Shown one piece after another: positions 60,045 to 64,000 of a stretch of DNA of 64,000 nt; position 1 is the first letter of the stretch, and each line of letters begins with the position of its first letter. The DNA is from Stylophora pistillata (Eukaryota), in contig NW_019218178.1 of NCBI RefSeq assembly GCF_002571385.2, forward strand, positions 212,146 to 276,145. The letters are read 5' to 3'. The notes beneath the pieces are model-generated. The model was not told the DNA's origin and did no database searches. It was given only the letters and a program-made list of their open reading frames with translations. A program made the position numbers and the translations under genes.

Positions 60045-60860
60045 GTTCTAACTTTAACGTTAAAACTTTAGCGTGTGACCATGCATCTCATTGGAGGCTG
60101 CTGAGAATTGCTTCATGTGCCACTGTTTTTCATGCAGCACAAGGCAGTTCGAACTTTTTAGTGGGTAAAATCCTCGTTATGTGACCATCCCAATGAAATA
60201 GAAGGGGTAAGTTTCTAAACAAACTGTGGTACTGCGTCGGTGGGGATGTTACAAGATAATTTGGTTGTATCAGTAAATTTGCCACAGTAGAGAGTTTTCT
60301 AGGAATCTAAAGCCAAAGTTTGGAGCTTTAGTCGTCCGTTAGAGTACTTTCATTAGGACGGTTTCAGGATCATTCTCTGCAAAGTAGCTTTACTTGCTCA
60401 GTCCTAAGACCTTGCTATGCAGCTATTTGATTGAAAGTTTCCCAGCAGTTACGTTAGTTGGTACTCGATATGCTGCTGTAAATTGCAGTTCTTATAGTGT
60501 TCAGTTTATAAATAAAACCTTGTAACTATTCAACGAAAGCTTGTAAAATAAAACCCTGTAACTATTCAACGAAAGCGTCTCAGCAGTTATGTTAGATAAC
60601 TCGATCTATATTGTGCTGTAAATCGTGGTTCTTTCTGTACGGTGTATACGTATGGGTCAAGATTACCCTCTACTGAGCTGTAGGCTTGACTGCGTAGTAT
60701 TGTTTATTATACTGTTGGCACTAGCTTTCAGTCTGAGGCTAAGCTGATCTTACTATGGGGCCATCCAAATGAAATTATTTGAGTGACGGTATTTGTATGT
60801 GGTTCTGTTCATCATGCTTTACAGTATCGTTCTGGGCTCTAGATCTGTGAATGAAGGAAA
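60045..60860. repeat. Highly decayed tandem (satellite-like) repeat interrupted by a Penelope-like copy, with a local 31-bp duplication
   Basis: Recurring GTGTGACCAT..AATGAAA and GTTCTAACTTT-like words. AAATAAAACC(T/C)TGTAACTATTCAACGAAAGC occurs at 60510-60540 and 60546-60576. Confidence 0.5.
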
Positions 60861-61827
60861 AATCCTTGGACGATTTCTCCACAATTGCGGTGAACTTTCT
60901 CACGGTACAGAAATGTGTGCCTATGTAGGAAAACGAGAAGAAATACTGATTGTCTTTAGAATAAGAAAGGCAGTAATTTTTCTGAACTTGGTCGAGGAAT
61001 TATGGACGACGTTGTCTGGAGAATGGGACGAGGAATTTATCTGAGTTCCCAAAGAGGAATCGAACTTCAGATTTTTGTATTTTGCGCTCCAGCGCTTGGC
61101 TATGACTGAGCTACGGAAACTCAACGGCAAGTTAGGCCATCGCCAGATTCATACTACATATTGGAAGCATCAGTTATGTCGAAAGCGTCATCTATAGGCC
61201 TATCGAATAATACAAGGAGTAAATTTTTCCATCATAGATTCTTTAACATTAATAAAACGATATAAATCTTCAAAGTTTAAGTAATTATCGCTTCCACTGG
61301 AAATTTTGGTACACAATTGCTGAGTCGTTTTAAGAAGAATTTGTACCGACTGCCTTCTGGAATTTAGCAGAATCGTTAAAAACTTTGATGTAAAAACTAT
61401 TCTAATGTATATATATTAAACTATTAATGCATACGGCGATCAGGAATCGTTAGAATTAGACGTTAAATCTGATGTTGGACTTGATAGCTTGCATTTTTTC
61501 GCGTCCGTTTTTGGCGCCATTTTAATTATAATCAACGAATAACTTTTGAAAAAAGGCTGGCTTTGTCTAGGAGCAAACATTTAACAGACAACATTTTTGT
61601 TAATTAAGTGCTGCCTATTGTAACTCAATAAAGAAAAGGAAGAATCCTGTTTAATTTTCAGTTGTTGATCATTCCTTGGTAGTGAAGGAAGCTTTGATAA
61701 TAATTGCCATTAATAGTTAAGTATTAAAGCCGAATTATTCTTGCCAGGAACAAATGATGGACCCATTAAAAGGTGATAGACGATCATCCTTGCGGTTAGA
61801 AACTATTTAGGAGTAAAACCCATGTAT

Positions 61828-62010
61828 TAGGTCATCGGAGCAAAGAAACTTTATCTAAACGCAAAACAATTAAAAGTATTTTTGGATTAAAATATCTCTT
61901 AATTATGGAAATTCCATTCCATAGGTCATCGGAGCAAAGAAACTTTATCTAAACGCAAAACAATTAAAAGTATTTCTGGATTAAAATATCTCTTAATTAT
62001 GGAAATTCCA
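61828..62010. repeat. Direct tandem duplication of an 89-bp unit
   Basis: 61828-61916 and 61922-62010 differ at one base. The 5-bp spacer TTCCA repeats the end of the unit. Confidence 0.95.
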
Positions 62011-62894
62011 CTTGAATCAACAACTTGATAAGCCTTAAACAGAGCAAAGTTTCCAACAACAGTCAATTTACACGCATTTTGTCATGATTTAATTGTTCGT
62101 AATTAAGCAGAACGATTACAACTCCGGGTTAAACGAATTCAATCAAATAACTGTTTTCTTATAGAAGATAAAACTGATATAAGTAGGAGCAACTTGAAAT
62201 GCGTCTGGTCTGTGTAAAAATTTACGAACATTCACGAATACGGCTGCAGAAATAATCCTGTTTTACAGCTAACTGGGTGGCAAGCTAGTCAGACTCTAGA
62301 AAATACCATAACGCAACAGATCAAAATTTTTGAATAAAATAACTAAGAAAAGCCAATTAATACAAGACACCGATTTCTTAAATCGCAATTCATCTCCAAA
62401 AAAAAAAACTCCATCAGCCTTACGTGATCACAAAATTTACTGGAATACCGAACAAACGCTTTGTTAATATTCTGTCTCAGTGCGGTTCTTTAATGTTTGT
62501 GGTCAATTTGCACTCAGCTCATCTAAGGACATTACTTATTATCACGGAAACAGTTTGAACACCGGTTAAAACAACACAGCTTATAAATAGTCTTTTGTTT
62601 AACACAAGCTAGACCCACAAACATCCGCGACATCTATTCCGGCGACAACCTTAGTCCATGTCAAATTCCTTGTACAAAAAAGTAAGTAGAATTCTGATTT
62701 CGTGTGTCCGGTTTTCAGCAATGCTATTTTCAAGATTTATGATACTATATGAAGTGTATCGTTGGCGTAAATAGTGAGGCAATATGTACCGGTGTTCTGA
62801 AAATAGCAATACTTGAGAAAACATGCCCCGACGACATATTACTAAGAGGCGGTTTCTTTAAATAATAATGACAATAACAAGCTCACGAGTTGTC

Positions 62895-62901
62895 TATAAA
62901 A
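62895..62901 (+). promoter_or_regulatory. TATA box of homeobox copy 3
   Basis: TATAAAA 70 bp upstream of the ATG, with an Inr-like TCACAGTT about 28 bp downstream. Confidence 0.55.
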
Positions 62902-62964
62902 TGAAACCACTTTCGCTGTGATCACAGTTTAGACAACTTCAGGTCACAAACTGCTGTCGTCAAA

Positions 62965-63298
62965 ATGGATTTGTCCGAACAAAAAACGAGTCTCTCATTT
63001 TCGATCGAAAATATCTTACGAGAAGACTTCGCCCATCGACGTAGGCCGAATTTTGTTAACTTCTCCACGCGGGGCGAGTTAGATTACGAGCGTTGGCCAA
63101 GCTCACCTTTTTATCAGTGTTGTTCGGTGCGTTTCCTAAGCCCCGGCTTTGTGAAATGTTTACCCAATATTCACAGAGTGGAGGACAGATTACAGAGACC
63201 GAATGCAGCAACAGAAAACCTTTCTTTAGAAGAAGAGAAGAAATCTTTGGAGGAAGATAGCTTGGGTTGTAAAGAAAAAGTGATTCTCCAAGAAAATG
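62965..63298 (+). CDS. Exon 1 of tandem homeobox copy 3 (homeodomain exon predicted beyond the window)
   Basis: MDLSEQKTSLSFSIENILREDF aligns with copy 2. Exon length is similar (334 vs 328 nt) and the donor is again phase 1 (G/gtaaga). Confidence 0.85.
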
Positions 63299-64000
63299 GT
63301 AAGAGAACTTCGTTTGGCTGAAATTACATCTTCACATTTGAAAGAAAGTGATATTTTAGCCTCGGGCGGAAAAAACGGACGATTTGAGCTCTACCTTGAT
63401 GGCTATAAATTCCAATAGATATCAAACTATCTATAAAAAGTAGTGCAGAACGCGATAAATTGGAAAAAATGTAATGTTCGAATTGTTTATTTCTGGCACC
63501 GTGCGGAAAACTTAACGGTAATTGATTTGCTATGAATTCAAGGTAATTCCAAAAATTTTTCATCTATAAAAGGATAAAAAATGGGACTTTTCTCTTGCAA
63601 TTGAATTAGACGGTTAACGTTTTATAGTACAGAATTTGACCCTTTGGGGGAAAGTTCGAAAGTCGCAAAAATTCATCAGAACCGAAGAGTAGGAAAGATG
63701 AATTTTACTTATATTTGCCTTTCTTGTCAAGCCCTGTTTTCGATGTTACGTCATACGAGTTTTTATGTTACCAGCAAAATAGGGAAGCTTTAAAAATGAT
63801 ATGACTAGAAATTTTTGAAAAAACTTTTCTTTTTCATTCCGGATGGACTACTTCGAAAATAAAGTTAATTTATTTTAGTGGATGCTAATGACCCATCTTT
63901 TCACTTTTTACCCATTAGTACTGATAAAAATTTATCTTTTTTTCTTTCTTGGTAAAAGAATTTGTTTAGGAATAGTCTAAGGGAAATTACCCTTTTCACT

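Noticed and set aside
47459-63298. Hox/ParaHox cluster, or assignment of the symbol NKX3-2/NKX2
   Set aside because: There is no YPWM hexapeptide, and eh1, Y54 and VKVLV indicate the NK subclass. The homeodomains are too divergent to assign a specific ortholog without phylogeny.

Overview
Eukaryotic, AT-rich, intron-rich draft-assembly sequence with N gaps at 6829-6838, 10657, 31752-31888, 32144, 35094-36045 and 43565. The repeat landscape suggests a cnidarian, most likely a scleractinian coral; this is an inference. Reading splice sites and frames by hand gives: (1) the 3' part of a many-exon + strand gene encoding calponin-homology (CH)-like domains followed by ankyrin repeats (418-14325); (2) a complete 9-exon UBAC2 (16262-23244, +) with one candidate U12-type intron; (3) a convergent NCK/Dock SH3-SH3-SH3-SH2 adaptor (26556-28734, -); (4) a local family of intronless multi-pass membrane protein genes (a fragment, a pseudogene, and a near-intact copy with one frameshift; 32145-41462); (5) a tandem array of at least three two-exon, divergent NK3/NK2-like homeobox genes (47459 to beyond the window end) with eh1/TN motifs and an atypical recognition helix (N47, Y54, Q55). 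Introns and intergenic DNA hold many MITEs, tRNA-derived SINEs, L2-like LINE ends and Penelope-like fragments. Several of the Penelope-like fragments carry minimal hammerhead-ribozyme motifs, one with a compensatory U3-A8 core. The most notable items are the homeobox array, the hammerhead-bearing elements and the CH+ankyrin architecture. Most ORFs in the supplied track are spurious or are exon fragments.
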